Of a stretch of 64,000 bases of DNA, positions 63,518-64,000 are shown piece after piece (within the stretch, counting starts at the first letter, position 1; the number at the start of each line of letters is the position of its first letter). A program made the translations under genes and the position numbers. Below the pieces are notes generated by a model that saw only the letters and a list, made by a program, of their open reading frames with translations, made no database searches and was not told the DNA's origin. The stretch is from NCBI RefSeq assembly GCF_006345805.1, contig NC_043006.1:7812001-7876000 (forward strand), in the 5' to 3' direction. Source of the stretch: Octopus sinensis (lineage: Eukaryota).

Positions 63518-63669
63518 CGTGTTTGTGTGTGTGTGTGTGTACCAGCAGGTAGGACAAAGGTACACACCAGAGTGATGTGAAACACTCAGACAGAAAAAAA
63601 CAGAACGACCATGGTCGTGCTGTAGCATGACCACGGCCGCATGGATGAAATGAGTAAAAGAGTAAAATA

Positions 63670-63701
<32 letters not shown>

Positions 63702-63801
63702 TATATATAAAACGTAAGAAATCAAGAATGAATGCTGTGTGTTTTTTTATATACCTGCATTTGTCAATATACACATGCACGCAAACACACACACGCACAC
63801 G

Positions 63802-63834
<33 letters not shown>

Positions 63835-64000
63835 GTCTCTCCACCTCTTGTCACCTATGTTGCACCCAACATCATACTCACTTGTCTCTTTGTATATGTA
63901 TGTGTGTATGCATATATGTATGCGTGTATGTATGCATGTATCTATTTGTATGTATGTATGCATGTATGCATGTATGTATGTATGTATGAAATTCATGTAT

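Overview
AT-rich eukaryotic non-genic or intronic DNA, packed with microsatellites ((TA)n, (CA)n, (TATG)n, (AAT)n) and transposon relics. The SINE complement and composition suggest an octopus/cephalopod genome (inference). No complete host gene is visible. There is one good splice-acceptor-led orphan exon (21741-21909, minus) and one speculative decayed ORF (860-2030). Most ORF-track entries are microsatellite artefacts. Recognisable elements are Penelope-like elements (PLEs; two RT-thumb/GIY-YIG remnants and one N-terminal fragment), RTE, CR1-type and R4/Dong-type LINE fragments, three mariner relics, MITEs, a Helitron-like element and several tRNA-derived SINE types. The striking feature, found by reading the DNA and folding by eye, is a dense population of type I hammerhead ribozyme (HHR) motifs: 10 with intact CUGANGA/GAAA cores and about 8 variant or decayed ones. 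They belong to many unrelated small elements, most of them embedded in (TA)n tracts. Two of these element types are retrozyme-like, with ~488-nt and ~552-nt monomers showing terminal redundancy or tandem copies. The best novelty candidate is a tRNA-headed (Pol III A/B-box) SINE carrying a Penelope-type dimer hammerhead near its 3' tail. It has two full copies with a compensatory base-pair change and one headless copy. All structures are manual predictions and none has been tested computationally or experimentally.
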